NCBI GenBank assembly: GCA_907165135.1
Contig: OU015567.1
Coordinates: forward strand, 2,852,001-2,916,000
Length of the DNA stretch: 64,000 nt
Reading direction: 5' to 3'
Source of the DNA: Oikopleura dioica
Taxonomy: Eukaryota; Animalia; Chordata
Below, piece by piece: positions 34,901 to 48,550 of the stretch; the stretch's first letter is position 1, and every line of letters begins with the position of its first letter. The position numbers and the translations under genes were made by a program. The notes under the pieces were generated by a model that was given only the letters and a program-made list of their open reading frames with translations, was not told where the DNA came from and did not search any database.

Positions 34901-35349
34901 CATCTGCCACCGCAAATTCCAGCATTTCGAAGTTAAAAATTCATTTCTACAAAACAAAAAAATCTTCACAAAATACGAAAAAGACGAACCCAAAAAACTG
35001 CTACAACAAACTTTTTCTTGTAAATTTACTGTGGATACGGACTTTATCTTCTTTTCCAGACACTTTTAGTTCCCTGTTGCTTTCAAAAATGAGTATAATA
35101 AACGAAAATATAGGAATTGGGAGGTCTTTTTGATGTTTCAAAAAGTTGTTCGGTTTTTTTATTCAAATAAACTCTTTTTGATATTGATTTTATCGCTCGT
35201 AGGAAAATTCTTCCTACTTGAAATGAACAGCAAACAAATTTTATGAGATGGACTATCACGGAAAGTTGCCATGCAAAGTGTTATTCAGACTTTGCAAATA
35301 CGGGCTATGACAGGATTATGTTAACATCTGAAGGATTCTCAGATCAAAG

Positions 35350-36448
35350 ATGATTTCAACTCGAACATTTATAGCAATTTTTCTTTGCTTTGTAATTATT
35401 TTGATACTTGGCTATCAGAGCGCAGGTTGTCAGTATACCTCCACTTATTCAACAGACGAATATGACTATCGAGAACGAAAGGCGGAAGATAAACATGAAA
35501 AACGAAGAGTCGTTGTCGGAATTTTAGCGTAAGCTTGCTCATTTTTATTATTTCAAAAAAAAAAAAAAAATTAATTATTTAATGAATTAAATGTCATTTT
35601 TTGTTCGAAAAAATATTCAGCTCATTTGAAAACTACGAAAGAAGAGAAGCTCAGCGAGAGACGTGGCTTTTATCATCCGATATCGAGCATAAATACATTA
35701 TTGACCAGTGGAACCCCGAATGGCGTGCTGAGAATGAAACTTTTGGAGACATCGTCTCGATCAATGCAAGTTTCAGCGGCTATGCAAAGGGATTTGGGGA
35801 AAAATTATATCATTGGTTTGAATATGTTGCTGCTAATTATCCAGAAGGAACAATTGTTGGTAAAACGGACGATGATTTCTATGGCTGTTCGAATCTCTAT
35901 CAGACAGATTTGGGTACGAATTCATAAAAACGATCATATATCCAGACCATAATTAATATCCACGTCAAGTTCTTGATAAATATCATCCTCGCATGTATTT
36001 CGGCTGGTGGCATCCTAAGTCCGACATTGAAAAACCGAGTTTGAAGAGTCGCCCTGATGCTGAATTTGTCATCATAAGTTGGGAGCTCATGACGGAAATT
36101 CTTCAAAAGCCATATTGCCATCATATTCGAGACTCTTCATTTTGTCTAAAAAGTAATACGAATGTGCGATACGGCTCTGACTTTGGAGGAACTTCTCTCG
36201 GCCACTGGCTTGGCCAAATTGGCAATATTACCGGAATAAGAATGAATGATAGAATGGTTCATACGATAAATCAGAAGAAATGGCGATCTCCTGTAAAGAA
36301 GCCTTACTGCGGGCCGATGATTTCCTTCCACAAGGCAACTCCTGCTCTTCAACGATATTTGGAGTGCTTCGACCAAGATATTGCTGCTTCTAAGAAATTT
36401 TGCAACAAAGCAAATAATTTGAAAAAATATTCAGTCAAGAAGCACTAG
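35350..36448 (+). CDS. GT31 beta-1,3-glycosyltransferase (B3GALT/B3GALNT-like), type II membrane
   Basis: N-terminal TM, ERREAQRETW, ENETFGDIV, GKTDDD (DxD) motifs; 3 exons. Confidence 0.82.
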
Positions 36449-37274
36449 CCTTCCAATTTCTTTGTTTGCTTAATAAAGACGTTTTACCCTAGAAAGTTAC
36501 AGTTGTCGATAAGACCCATATCTTTCTGTATTTACTGTCGACTCGTGAGGCCCTTAACCCCCTAAGCTTTAAATTTATTTTCAATCAAAATGCATGCACA
36601 TCTTCAGAAGCCATTACATGTGCTGTCCAACAGCCATGATAGCACATCAGTTATAGCACCTATCTTCGGCTAGTAGCTCTTTTTATTTAATTGAGGTTTA
36701 TAAATTGAGCGAGGGGGTTGAAATAGGGTATCAGCGTTACTCGTTTACTTTCTAGAAAATTCAAGAATTGATTCTAGAAATTCTAGAAATAATTAGTGGC
36801 CAAAGATCTCTTTGATGAATTCGAGATTTTCCCATGGTGCGTGAGGGCGATCCGTGATTGGCCGCCCGACTCTTCATGGCGCGCCTTAGAAATTTGAAAA
36901 TCCCTTTTTCCTATAAAATGATTACCAAAGATTGTTCTTTTTTCATAAGAGCATCTGGTGCCGACGAATGAAGAAATATTAGAGAAGACTTTTCTGATGC
37001 TGTCGATCTATTATTTGTATATTTTTTATTATTTTACAAAATGAAGCATAATTTATTATATCTAATACGGTTGTTTCTCCCGTTTTCCACATTGGGTTTT
37101 CATTTCTGTTAAAACTACTCTTGAATTTGTTTTATTCAAAATTGAAATAAACTGTGTAAGGATAATTATTTTGGTCAAATAAGAAAATAGCAAAAAATTG
37201 AATGATAAAGGCTCAAAATAAATTATTTTATCTTCCTCTTTTACTTTTTCAGAGTCCAAATTAAAAATCGGAAA

Positions 37275-40200
37275 ATGCCGACTCAAGGGATGGCATCAAA
37301 ATTGTTTCCTCGCGGCGGAAGCCTCGTTTCCAAGGGCCAAAAGGACAAGAAAATCATGAAAAAAGTCCGAAAGCAAGTCGGAAAGAAGCCAGATCTGTTC
37401 TCGCAGCAATCGAAAAAGACGCTGAAGAAAGTCGGAGAAGCGCACAAAAAGAAAATGAAGAAAAAGAAGAAAGTCCAAGATGAAGATGAAGGTAAATTTT
37501 ATTTGAAATCGAAGATAAAAGCCTCTCAAATTCGAACACTTTTGAGACAAAGAGAGTTTCGGTCGGCTGACTCATTTTCATACTTTTATCTTTCAGAAGC
37601 GGAAGAAGAGATCGAAAAGCTGCCAAAAAACGCGATCTGCATTTCGACAAAACTGGCGAATCGTAACGCCAAAGCTCTCTGCTTCGTCCGCACAATCGAC
37701 GAACTTGGCATGTCCGTCGTCTATCCCGGCGGCGCGACTGGCTACGTGAAGCTTGACCAGGTCTCAGACAAAGTGACGGATTTGATGAGCAAGGACGTCG
37801 CCGTCGAGTTGGAGAAAATGTATTCAATCGGAGAAGCGGTTTTGACCAGTTTATCGGTCAAAAGAAAGAAATCAAAGCTCCATCTTTCGCTCAAGCCGAA
37901 ATTCATCAACGCTAACTTGAGAGTCGACAAGCTTTCAAAGGGACAAAACTTGGCTGGTACAGTCACTTCCGAGGAAGATACAGGCACGGGCTCGGCAACC
38001 TGTAATAAGCGGAGTGTTTGAACTTTTAATTAGCCTATTTTTCAAAAAAATCCTTTTCTCAGGGCCAGGGTTCTAAATTTGAAGCAAAATCTAAAAGTCT
38101 AGTCTGTCCGTGTCCGTGTCCTCCGCGAAAAACCCAAGTCTAGTCTATCCGTGTCCGGATCGAAAAAACGGATTTTTGTCCGGTCTAGTCTCGGACATGT
38201 CCGTTTTGTCCGTTTTTGTCCGTAAAATCCGGACATATTTTTTTTAAAGAAAAAGTCTGGTCTAAAAGTCTGGGCTCATAACTCATGTTTTTTGAAAGTT
38301 TGTCCAGCCCAATACAGGTTTCATAATCGACCTTGGTCTCGAAGAATCAAAAGGTTTCATTTCTACCGAGAACGCAGAAGGTGCCAATTTAGTTCTCGGC
38401 AAAACAAGCGTGTTCTTCGTCGAAGAAATTCTCCTCGACGGGCGCCAGATCGTCCTTTCCACACAAAGTAGCGGCCCGATCGGGAAAATTTCCGACATCG
38501 ACAGTGTTCTTCCCGGCGCTGTCGTCAACTTCCAAATCAAGCAGAAAAATCGCCAAGGTTTCGGCGGAAAAGTCGAGAGTTTCAACGCGACTATGCATCA
38601 CTCTCAATCTGCCACGCCTTTTTCATGCAACGAAAATGAAGAAGAGAAAATCCAGGCGAGAGTGATTTACGTCGACCACGAATTCAAGCGCATTTGCTTG
38701 GCGAATTCGGTCGGATACATGACCTTGAATGAAGAGAAAGCGGCGGATAGAGATGGAGAAGTTGTTAAAGGAAAAGTCAAACTTGCTGCTGGAGGTGGCG
38801 TTATTTTGGAATTCGGAGAAAATGGAGAGCTCGGCTGGTGCCCTAGACATAATCTCAGGTTAGACTTTTTCTTAATCTCGTCTCTCAATAAATTACTCAA
38901 AACGAAATTTTCTTTCCTCAAACCATTTTCAGTGAAAACCGAGTCGACGATCTGCTCTCACATTTCCCAGTCGGCAAAGAAGTAAAAGCGCGAATCATCG
39001 GCCACATGACTGGCGAACAACTGCACCTCCTCACCTTCCGCGAATCGGTAGTCGAAGCCGAGTTCTTCCGCTACGACTCGTTTTCAGCCACGCAAATCGT
39101 TCTCGGAAAAGTGTGCAAAGTCAACGACGCCGGCTGGGTCACTCTCCAGCTCGCGCCGCACTTGTATGGACAGATTACTCCTAACCACACGGGAAACAGC
39201 CGGATGTCGAAAGAAAACTTGGAAAAAAAGTACAAACTCGGCTCGTCTCATCGCGTCATGGTGCTGGACAAATCCTCTGATCGAGTCTTCCTCACCGCCA
39301 AAACCTCCATTTTGAAGACAAAGGGGCTGAAGCGATTCACGGATCTTGACGAGATCGAAGTAGGCGACATTTCTCTCGGAACAATTGTCAATGTCCACAC
39401 TACTTCCGTCGTTGTCCAGTTTTTCAATAATATCAGAGCTTACGTTCCGATTTCGCAGCTCTCTCACGAGTTCATCAAAGAAACAAAAGAGAACTTTCAA
39501 ACTGGTCAAGTTGTCAGATGCAGAGTGTTGGAAGTCTCCGCGGAAAGGGAAAATCAACTTGTTGGTTCGCTTGTCTTGGAGGAAAAGAAAGAAAAGAAGA
39601 AGGAAACAAAAAGTTCCGAAAAATCGAGTTTGATCGGCAGCGAGATAACAGTCAAAATCGACGATGAGCAGCCGCCAAATATGATCACAGGAACGACTGA
39701 AGACGGAACAAAAGTTACGCTTTCCAAAAACGACCTCGCTCTGGACCCACTTGTCGCTAGCTCGTTTTATGATCTGATCAGGACAAAGAAGGAGCAACTG
39801 GAAAAGGTGGTCGTCGAGACCAAATTGAGAGACAACGTCAAGGGAAGCAAAATTCAAGTTGTAAAAGCAGCGTCGACGAGGGGATGGACTCATAGATGCG
39901 GTTCGAAATTGGACGATTTGGAAGAGGGAAAACTCTTGCTCGGACAGGTGGTCAAATCGACGGAATATGGCTTCCAGGTAAGATATAAAAAGGCGGCTTC
40001 TTTTTTTTATTTTTTCATGCTTTCGAACTCGCGCACAGTTTTATAAAACTCTGAAACAGCAGCTTCAAAGTCCTTGATCACAGCATTTTTTCGCATAACT
40101 TCGTTAATTTTCGTCAATAACTCTGGAGTCGTCTTAACATTCGTATTCGCAAATGGCCTAAAATGCGTGAGGATAACAAATTTGACATTTTTTGACCTTC

Positions 40201-43200
40201 CAAGAGCTTTTGAAACTGTTCTTGCTGGTTTGGGAGGTTTGACTGGTTTCGTGATGGTTTGGTTTTCTTTTTCAATCGAGAAGGATGAGTCTATTGTTTT
40301 TTCAGCCTCGCGGAATCCCTCGTTGATGATTTCCTGCCACGCTTTTGTGTAATTATTTTGCTCTTATTTCGAGTTTAAGCAATTTTCTCGTGCCATAAAC
40401 GATTTTTCTGATAAATAATTCAAAACTCTGACTTGGATAGTTCTCGGAAGTTCATTTTCAGTTGGCATAGAAGGGGGATGCTTAACTTGGGGAAAGATGA
40501 CTTCACCTGCTCTAGCGCAGACGGATGGATTTTTAGGTTTGATGAATTCGGTGCTTGTTCGGGTTCCGAATCGTTTTCTGATGTCCTGAGAGTTACGGTT
40601 AGGATCAGATTTAGGTCTCTTTAGGAGCAAGTATGGAGCATTCCCCTAATGATCGACCATTTTTTACCTTGACAGATCCAGGATCCTCATAGTTTATTTC
40701 CGTATTTTCTGGATTCATTCTTTCTTTTCCTCTTTCTCCTTCTGAAAATTCTTCTGAATCAATCTTCACCTTTTATTTCTAAAAATAAAAATCGCCCGTG
40801 AGAAAGTTTTCTTTAATTTCCTGTCTCGTGCCTTTTCTCCGTTCTTGAGGGTCCTCCACTTTGAACACTAGAACGTGCGCCTGATTGACTCAGAATAATC
40901 GATACGCGAAAATAAGTAGAAAAAAGTAGAAAGCGAAAAATTAAAAATTTATCTTGTCTAATCTCGAGCCCGTTCTTTTCGGGATATCGGGATCTGCTAG
41001 AGCTGATCTGGCAGGTAGAAGACAAAAAGCATGAAAGGCGATAAGCCTGATCCGTGACAAGGGGAAATGGATTATCCAAGCGATTGAAACCGAATGAAGG
41101 TCAGAACAAGGCATCGTGATAATGATTGCTTATCAGTAGTTTGTTCTTTTTATGGTCGTCGTGATTGTTCATAATTTACGAAGCATAAAATGCGTAAATA
41201 ATACTTGCGTGTTGCTTTACTTCCTGGTATCTTTACTTTATCAATTGATTTTTAGAGATTAATAAAGCTGATACTTGTATACTGCCGATCAATAAATGTT
41301 ATCAAGGAAATATACAGATCTGATCTGCAAGTACACTAGTTACAACAACATCGATTTCCTTAAAGGTCAAAGCTAAAAGATTTTATTTCTACATACAGAC
41401 GAACTATTGATTGTAAGATCTCCCATTTCTTACCTCTATTTTCTTTGAACAGGAAGAAATAACTAATTTTTATACCTTCCCTACCTTTTGAAAAAAATCC
41501 TCTGTTTCGCCTAACTGTTCTTCTGACATGCGCGAGAATAAGTAGTCTGAATGATCATCTGAATGGCTCTGAAGCCCGGAGCCAAGTCGTCGGAGAAGCT
41601 CAATTTGGATTAAAATTGATCCTCTTTGGCGAGCAATTCTATCTCCTCTTTATTTGCTTGCTCCTCATTCATTTTCAGACGGAAACAACTCTTAATTGTT
41701 TTTTGTTTCTCTTTTGCTTCTGATTGATTATTTTCCGATTTCAAAGGGCATTTTAACTTTTCCATGAGAAAGTTTTAAATCCAAAATTGGCGCTCTTGTT
41801 AATCCCTATAAATCCTCGATGGTTTTCCGAAGAAAAAATAACGATTTTCATGATCTTTTAGCTTCAATTCGGCGGGCGAGTCCGGGGATTCCTTTCCCGT
41901 TCAAATATGGTCGAGCGTTTCATCCCCCACCACGACGAAGCAGCTGCCATTGGCGATACAATTCTCGCCAAGGTCATTCAAGTCAACCCTGAGAAGAAGC
42001 GTTTCTTGGTGACTACGAAAGAAAATGAGATGACGGATCTGCCAGAGTACTTCTCCGAAAGCGTGATTTTCGAAAGCTATCAGAGCGAATTGAACGATTT
42101 CATGGAATACGCAGGAATGAACATTCGATTTGGCGACGCTGTTCTTTGCAAATACGTCGTCAAGTGCGAGTACGAACGCGCCGCGGGTGATGCCAACCCG
42201 CTGGTCGAGTTCATCGGCCAAGCAAAGGGATTTACCGCGAGAATGGTCGGCGGAGCTGAAAAAGACGGAACCACAACAACTGCGCTAGCGAAATTTGTCG
42301 GATTTGGGGAAAAGAATGAGCTGCTGTTTGTCAAGTCGAAGTTGAAAAAGGAAAGGTTTTTTATTGCTTTTTCTTTTATGTTCAGTTCTATATTTTCGGT
42401 TTTTTACTGGGTCGGCGGCTTGTAGCGGGACTTGATTTAGTACTCGAACCCTAAATTTCGAGGAAACAAATGATCAATTGTAAGAACTTACCGTAGAAGT
42501 AGATCTTGAAGAATTTTTCATCTTTTGAATTTCTTTTCCAACTTTATTCCACGCGCTCGAGGATGATTTTCGACCCTTATCGCCGGATATTTTCGTCCAG
42601 TAGGTGGCAATATTCGATTTTGTATTCTAAGACCTCATTTAATTTTATTTCCTTACTGTGTTTTCATACCAATTCTGACAGTCGTTTCTCGATAAGTTTT
42701 TGTAGCGGTTTTTCCTCGGGATTTCTTGACCAGAGTTGCCATTTTGGCACGTTCTTTTTCTTCACTTATCATGGTTCTTATAATTCTTTGGTAAGTTAAA
42801 TCTGAGTCAAACATCTGTTTTTGAACCGGTGCTATGAGGAAGAATTCTGTTGAAACTTTTATAAATTTCTTCATTTTGTCAAACGGTTGATTTTCTTCCA
42901 AGTCCGCAAGCCCCACAATTTGCCCGCTTTGATCAATCAAATCGACTGAAAATATTTTTTTCTGCGATTAGTTTTACCTACATGAATCAAAGCCAAAGAG
43001 TCTCGCAAGCTCTTCGAAATGCCGGACAACGAATCTAACTTTGCAATTCATGTTGACAAAGAAAAGCTCTTCCTCTGAGCTGATCCAAATAAACGGCCGG
43101 ATTTCGATGTTGTCCTCCGCATTTTCGAATATCTTTGTGTTCACTTTTTCATGGCTACTGGAAGTGCTCTTCATTTTTGATTCATTATTTTTCCGTTTTT

Positions 43201-46200
43201 TCGATTAGCCGCTCCGCCCAAATTGATAAAAGAAGCTATCGTTTTGCAAGTGAAACAAAAGCGCTGCTAGAACAGTGAACAACCATCTGACTTTACTGAA
43301 ACAACAAAAAAGCAAAAGCAAAGAAAAACCTCGAAAAAGCAAGACAAAACGACTTTAATCCACGACGGCCCATTCCTACGCGCCCTCAATTTCAACGGCC
43401 ATCCGGCGATTTCGTTCTCCCGGCCAAGTCTTCTCTGCCGAACGGAGCAGATGAGGCTCTTTACTGACGTCGAATTTACTTCGAAATCTGAAGTCAATGG
43501 AATTCATTTCGGTACTGTCAAGGAAATCAAAAGCGAATCGCCTTCGGAGAAGTCGGAAAAGAAGGGAAAAGCATGGGGAGCGACGAGCGAGGATTTGAAG
43601 GAGGGAGATATTCTTGATGGAATCGTTTTCGGAATTTCTTTCAAGGTAAAGTTTTTCTATTTCCAAACGGAATCGGGAATTCCCCGAAATTTTTGGATGA
43701 ATCTTAACCAGAATTCAGGGTGTCCTGGTCTGTGTTGGCCGAGAATGCGTGGTTAATGTCCCGTTTGGAAAGGTGACCCCTTATTTTATGCCGAAAGACA
43801 AATCTGCCGAGATCTGCAAGAAATACTTCAAAAAGGGAAAACCCGTCAAGGTCCAAATTTCCGTCCGATCGAAAAAATCTCTTCAGGTTCGTTTTCCGCT
43901 GTTTCTTAAACCTATCTTATCTTAGGCCAGTATGGTTGGAGACTACATCGATGCCAAAATGGAAAACTTGACCATTTCGACAAAAAGAAAGAAAGAAATC
44001 GAACAGACGGAGGAAAAGAGCGAGGCGCCGAGAAAAGCGATCAAGCTTGACCTTCAAGAAACGAAGGAAAAGATCAAGGAGGAACCAAAAAGTCTGCTCG
44101 ATGCGGCGGAAATGGATCTCGATTTTGATGACACGGTGGCGAAAGAGGTCGAGAGAAGATCAAAGAAACCACAGGAACGGATACAGAAATGACCTTCAAC
44201 CCTTTTTTGTGGGGCCTAACCGTGTGAATCATTCTTTAATCCATCAACAAGACAACGGAGGAGCCCCAAGAAAACACCAGCAAAGCCCTCTCTTTGGAAG
44301 AAATGGAAGATAAAGCACGGGAAGCAGAGCGCGAAATGGAAAAGTCAAAGCTCCCCGAAGACGTGTCCGGTTGGGAGCGTGCGATCGTTGCTGCTCCGAA
44401 CAACTCAGAAATCTGGCTTCGTTATTCCGCTTTCCACATTGCTTCGGGAGAAATTGAGAAGTCGAGGATGGTGATGGACAGGGCGCTGAAGACGATTCAT
44501 TTCAGAGAAGAGGATGATAGATTGAACATTTGGAAGGCCAGACTGAATTTGGAAGCACTTTATGGGGACAAAGAATCTCTACAGGTAAAACTCTTCGACG
44601 ATCTCAGTCAATGAGTGTATTCTAGAATCAATTCAACGAAGCGAAAAAGTGCAACGACGAACGAAAAGTCTACCACGCCGTGATCGGAATTCAACTTGAC
44701 AGCAGTAAATACTCCAGCGCCATTCCTATCCTCCGCGAAGCTGTGAAAAAGTATCCTGAAGATGTTGAGGTGAGCTTATTACAGTTATTTTCACATATAC
44801 AGCAGTTTTTAAATAAGAACAATTTTTTCAATTATAAGTTGATTTTGAGCGGCTAAAAACGTGATTCCTCGTTGGGCTTTTAACACCCAATGGATTTCCG
44901 TCTGCCAACCAAGATGTTTGGGTGAGCTCATGTTCGGCCAAATGAAGAGTGTTTTTTCGCGTTCTGCGTTTTTCTAGAGCTTCGTGAACTCGGATATAGA
45001 TTTCCTTTCGTAGCCAGGCGAAAGCTTTTCAGGGCGGAAAAACATTCTTTTGATAAAGAATACGAAATAGTTTTAAGTAACCCGAGAAGTGCTGTTTTCC
45101 GACCCTATCCTTCTTTTATTTTTATATAATCGGAGTAAAAGCATCTCGAAAGATACCCCCAGATCAGCTGCGGGAACTTATCATCCTCCATCGAAACCCA
45201 AGCTGGCGCTTTGTAAATATTCTTTCTTTCCCTCGAGCTTTTTCTCTGAAGAGTTCTTCTTCTTTCCAGACCCACGGTTTTGCGGAAATTGTGCGTCAAT
45301 TGAAAAATAAAAATCAGGCCAAAAATAAAGCCCAGGGAATAAACGGCAAGAAAAATTAACAAAGGAATTATCACATTCCATTTTGCGTAATATTCTAGGG
45401 TTGGCTGGCAGCCCTCAGTGAAACACACGTCTTTAGGGCAGACATCGTAGACGGATAAGATTTGCTCGCCGCGTTTCGTGCATGGGCGGTACATCAGGCC
45501 GAAATTGATGTCCAGACTTGTAATGAGCTCACACGGAGAGTTCGGGGAGTAAGGAGACAGGCGAGCGCTTCTGGTGTCCAAAAGGTAGTCATCGTAACTG
45601 TACGATGAGGAAGATGAATCATCGGTTTTGGAAGAGCTAAAAAGTGTTAATTTGAGGGTATATTACGGCACTTTTTATGTTTTGTGCCTTTTTCCTAATA
45701 CATCTGGCTCACATTTCAAGATTATTGGTTTCGTTGATCCCCTCTTCCTCAAAATTTGATTCCTCTGAGTAATAACTGTACGCGCTCTGCCCTTCCATCG
45801 GCAGTGGCGACTTCAACTGCGGCTGGTGCTCCAACTCATCTAATTTATCGTGAATTTTTTTGAGATCACTTTTTATTTCAGGGTCGAGAATCATTTCCGT
45901 AATATAATCGCCGCAGTAGTCAAGTCCGTTGTAAAAACCACAGCATTTGTTGGCTTCTTCGAATTTCTTTGTCCACGCGGACCGGCCGAGTGAATAAATC
46001 ATCCAAAGTTTTTGAAAGTTTTCTCCAGCAGTTCTCATGATTCTCGCCGAGTCGGAGATGAAAACGCTGTAGTTAACGATAGCGATGAGGGTCATAAAGG
46101 CGGTGTAGATGGAATAGACGATCATTCCTGAGTAGATTCCTGTGAAAGTGGCGACTACTCCTATTGAGTTTAGGACTAAGTTGGCGATTCCGACTGAGCG

Positions 46201-48280
46201 GATGGCTCGAAGCCCATCGTCGAATTTGAAACGATAGCTTCCTATTACAAATTGAATACTTTCGAGTTCTTTTTCGCCCAAGCTTTTTATCGATTCGCTT
46301 TGAAGAACAACATTTGACCAAATGATCATCGCGATCGAAATAAAAATCCCAAAAGCTTGAAATTTATAAATAAATCTTTTTCTTCGTGAGTACGGATCGT
46401 GATGCCTCTTCTTGTGCGCGTAAGATCCCGCTTTTTTGAATTCATAAGGGTTTTCAATGATTTCGTCGAGCTGCTCTTCATCTTTTTCAAAACCAACGAT
46501 TCGGTTGAAGCTTCTTGCAAAAGTATGAGTCCGCGAGAGCGTACGCCTAATGAGGCTGGAACTTGATAGTCGAGATTCCGGACGGCTTTTCTTCTCACGC
46601 GCACTCGGTGGATTTTTCCGCGGCCGAGCGATGGGGATGAATGAAACTTGTGTTTTTCGATTTAGTGAATCGAGTCTTGATCCGATTGGATCGAGGCTTT
46701 TGTTGAGGACATCTTCGAAATCCCTAGAAAAAAACTTAGATTATTTTCTTAGATTTTTCTAGTGAATTTATCATCATGGAAAGGTATATCTTAAGTGTCA
46801 TGATATAATTGCTACCTACGATCTTTTTTTCATTTATTTTAATCTATGATTCAATTTACCAGTCAAAAGCTACCCCGTCATGGGGTAGGTACACCGGCTC
46901 GGAAAATTGCCGTAAAAGATCAGAGTAGTCTTGAGTCTGCGTCATAAATATTCTCTTTCTTTTCTCATTCGAATTATCACTTCGTATTGGTACTTTTGCT
47001 ATGCGTGCCCAAGTTCAATCTTTCGCCAGAAAAGCTTATCAGCTCTTTTGGGCACACACTTGGATGAGATCTTGATTTATCAAAGAAAGAGGTATTTTTT
47101 GAGACTGAAGCTCGATTATCTTGTGTTTATTTTCAAAAAAACTAAAAAAATACACTAATTTCTTTACCCTTCATCGATGAATCTTTCCTCTTCTTCCATA
47201 ACTTTGACTTTTTCTTTATTTCTCCATTTTTCTCATTCGCGTTCCCTCGTTTTAATCGTAAAACAAATCCGACTCTCTCCCAATCCGTCAGACTGCGTCC
47301 TAATAAGCCCTCCTCTGTTTCTGGCAATCGACAGTTTTTTATTATAAATTTATCACAGCAAACAGCCTCGATAAATAATATCTTTCATTCTTCGTCTCGA
47401 GTTTTTTTCACGCGCAAAAAGTAAATGAGTTAATTACTCACAAAGAGGCTCTTTCTCTTTCGCGAAAATTGAAGCCTCTTGAATTTAGTAGTCGCGTGAG
47501 TATTTTTTCTTTGTCTCGGCTTATTTTATGGTTTGATGATTTTTATAAAAAAGAGCTAAAAACTTTCGCGTCTGGAATTTCGTTGCCAAGGGTTTAGCCA
47601 TTCTGAGTGATAGATCTTGCCTGGAGGCATGATAGCAAGCTCATTCATGTATATTTTATCGGCTAGGGGGAATATTAATATTGCTCACTTTTTAGAAAAG
47701 TCGTGAGTGTCGAGATAATGCTGAGAACTCTTCTGATTATATTTTTTAGCTCTGGGCAAAACTTGGCCGATGCCAAATCGAAGCCGGAAATCCTGAAAAA
47801 GCTACTGTCACTCTTCAGCGCGCGCTTCAAGCTAACAAAGCCAAGGTACTATACCTTCTGTTTCCAAAAATTAAAATCCTCCCTAGACACATGTGATGAT
47901 AACGCAAAAATTCGCAAAGCTTCAATTCGAGTTCGGCGATTTGGAAAACGGAAAGACGATTTTGGAGCAAATGCTGAAAGTGCATTCGAAGCGAGCAGAC
48001 ATTTGGGGTGTCTATGGAGACTTGCTTTTGAAATACGGCGATGGAGAGGATGCTAGAAGAGTCTTGCTGCGAGGAATAGAGGGCTGCTCCAAGTCACGTG
48101 GACGGTAAGACTGAATAGAAGAGACTCGCGTTCAAGTAAAAATTAAGACTTCATTTGATGAAACGAATGATCCACTTGGAAGAACGAATCGGGGACGAGC
48201 AATCAGCTCAAGAATGGAGGACGAAGGTAGAAAACGAAAAGACAAAGATGCCGAGCGGCGCACAAGTCAAAGAAGATTAA
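37275..48280 (+). CDS. RRP5: rRNA biogenesis protein RRP5/PDCD11 (S1 repeats and C-terminal HAT repeats), multi-exon with three large introns
   Basis: N-terminal LFPRGG, multiple S1 domains, PNNSEIWLRYSAFH...RALKTIHFREEDDRLNIW and KLQFEFGDLENGKTILEQMLKVHSKRADIW; last exon ends ...QVKED* at 48280. Confidence 0.92.
40007..41650 (-). CDS. Putative nested antisense gene of unknown function in an RRP5 intron
   Basis: Open exon-like blocks on the minus strand with compatible splice sites (for example ...EDFFQK|gtaggg, aag|VKIDSEEF, ...EFESMKK*). No recognisable domain. Confidence 0.45.
42540..43174 (-). CDS. Putative nested antisense gene, weakly resembling mitochondrial translation initiation factor IF-3
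   Basis: Spliced IHV|VDLIDQSGQIVGL resembles the IF3-N motif VRLIDENGEQLG, followed by a basic helical linker. The 5' exon is unresolved and the C-domain match is weak. Confidence 0.35.
45105..46730 (-). CDS. Tetraspanin-like protein nested antisense in an RRP5 intron; long N-terminal tail and enlarged extracellular loop
   Basis: Three N-terminal hydrophobic segments, KCCGFYNGLDYC (CCG motif), CFTEGC just before TM4 (NVIIPLLIFLAVYSLGFIFGLIFIF). GT-AG intron at about 45650-45715. Confidence 0.75.
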
Positions 48281-48312
48281 AAACCGCTTCTTTTTGGACT
48301 GTATTTAAGCGC

Positions 48313-48550
48313 ATACTGAACTGCACATACGATTTTAAAAAACGGAAAAATAAAGAACGAAGATATCCTCCTACATTCATTTTTTTTTGTTTTGTTTGTT
48401 TATTGAAGAATAAATGAACTCCCAGCGCTTTTGCTTCCTACCTTTTCTACTTATCCCTGGAGCTCCCAATTGTTGAATATTGATTCTACCAGATTGTAGC
48501 TCATCGTGTAGTTGCTTTCTTTTCGATCTTGAGCATCTTTGAGCCAGGCT
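48313..48550 (-). pseudogene. Degenerate partial duplicate of a PITP exon (copy A)
   Basis: CTACCAGATTGTAGCTC...TAGTTGCTTTCTTTTCGATCTTGAGCATCTTTGAGCCAGG is shared with 56612-56850; flank is shared with copy B. Confidence 0.8.

Noticed and set aside
38055-38290. GTCC/CGGAC-rich repeat tract with a CAGGG start in an RRP5 intron, resembling a hAT MITE end
   Set aside because: No matching right TIR or TSD found; at best a truncated relic.
41165-41350. Possible solo LTR (TGTT...AACA with internal AATAAA)
   Set aside because: Flanks (GTGAT vs TCGAT) do not form a convincing TSD, and there is no second copy in the window.
27104-43060. In-frame TGA codons in two genes hinting at stop-codon reassignment
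   Set aside because: TGA is used as a normal terminator in other genes here (for example 28853, 28013, 60114), so mutation or sequence error is more parsimonious.
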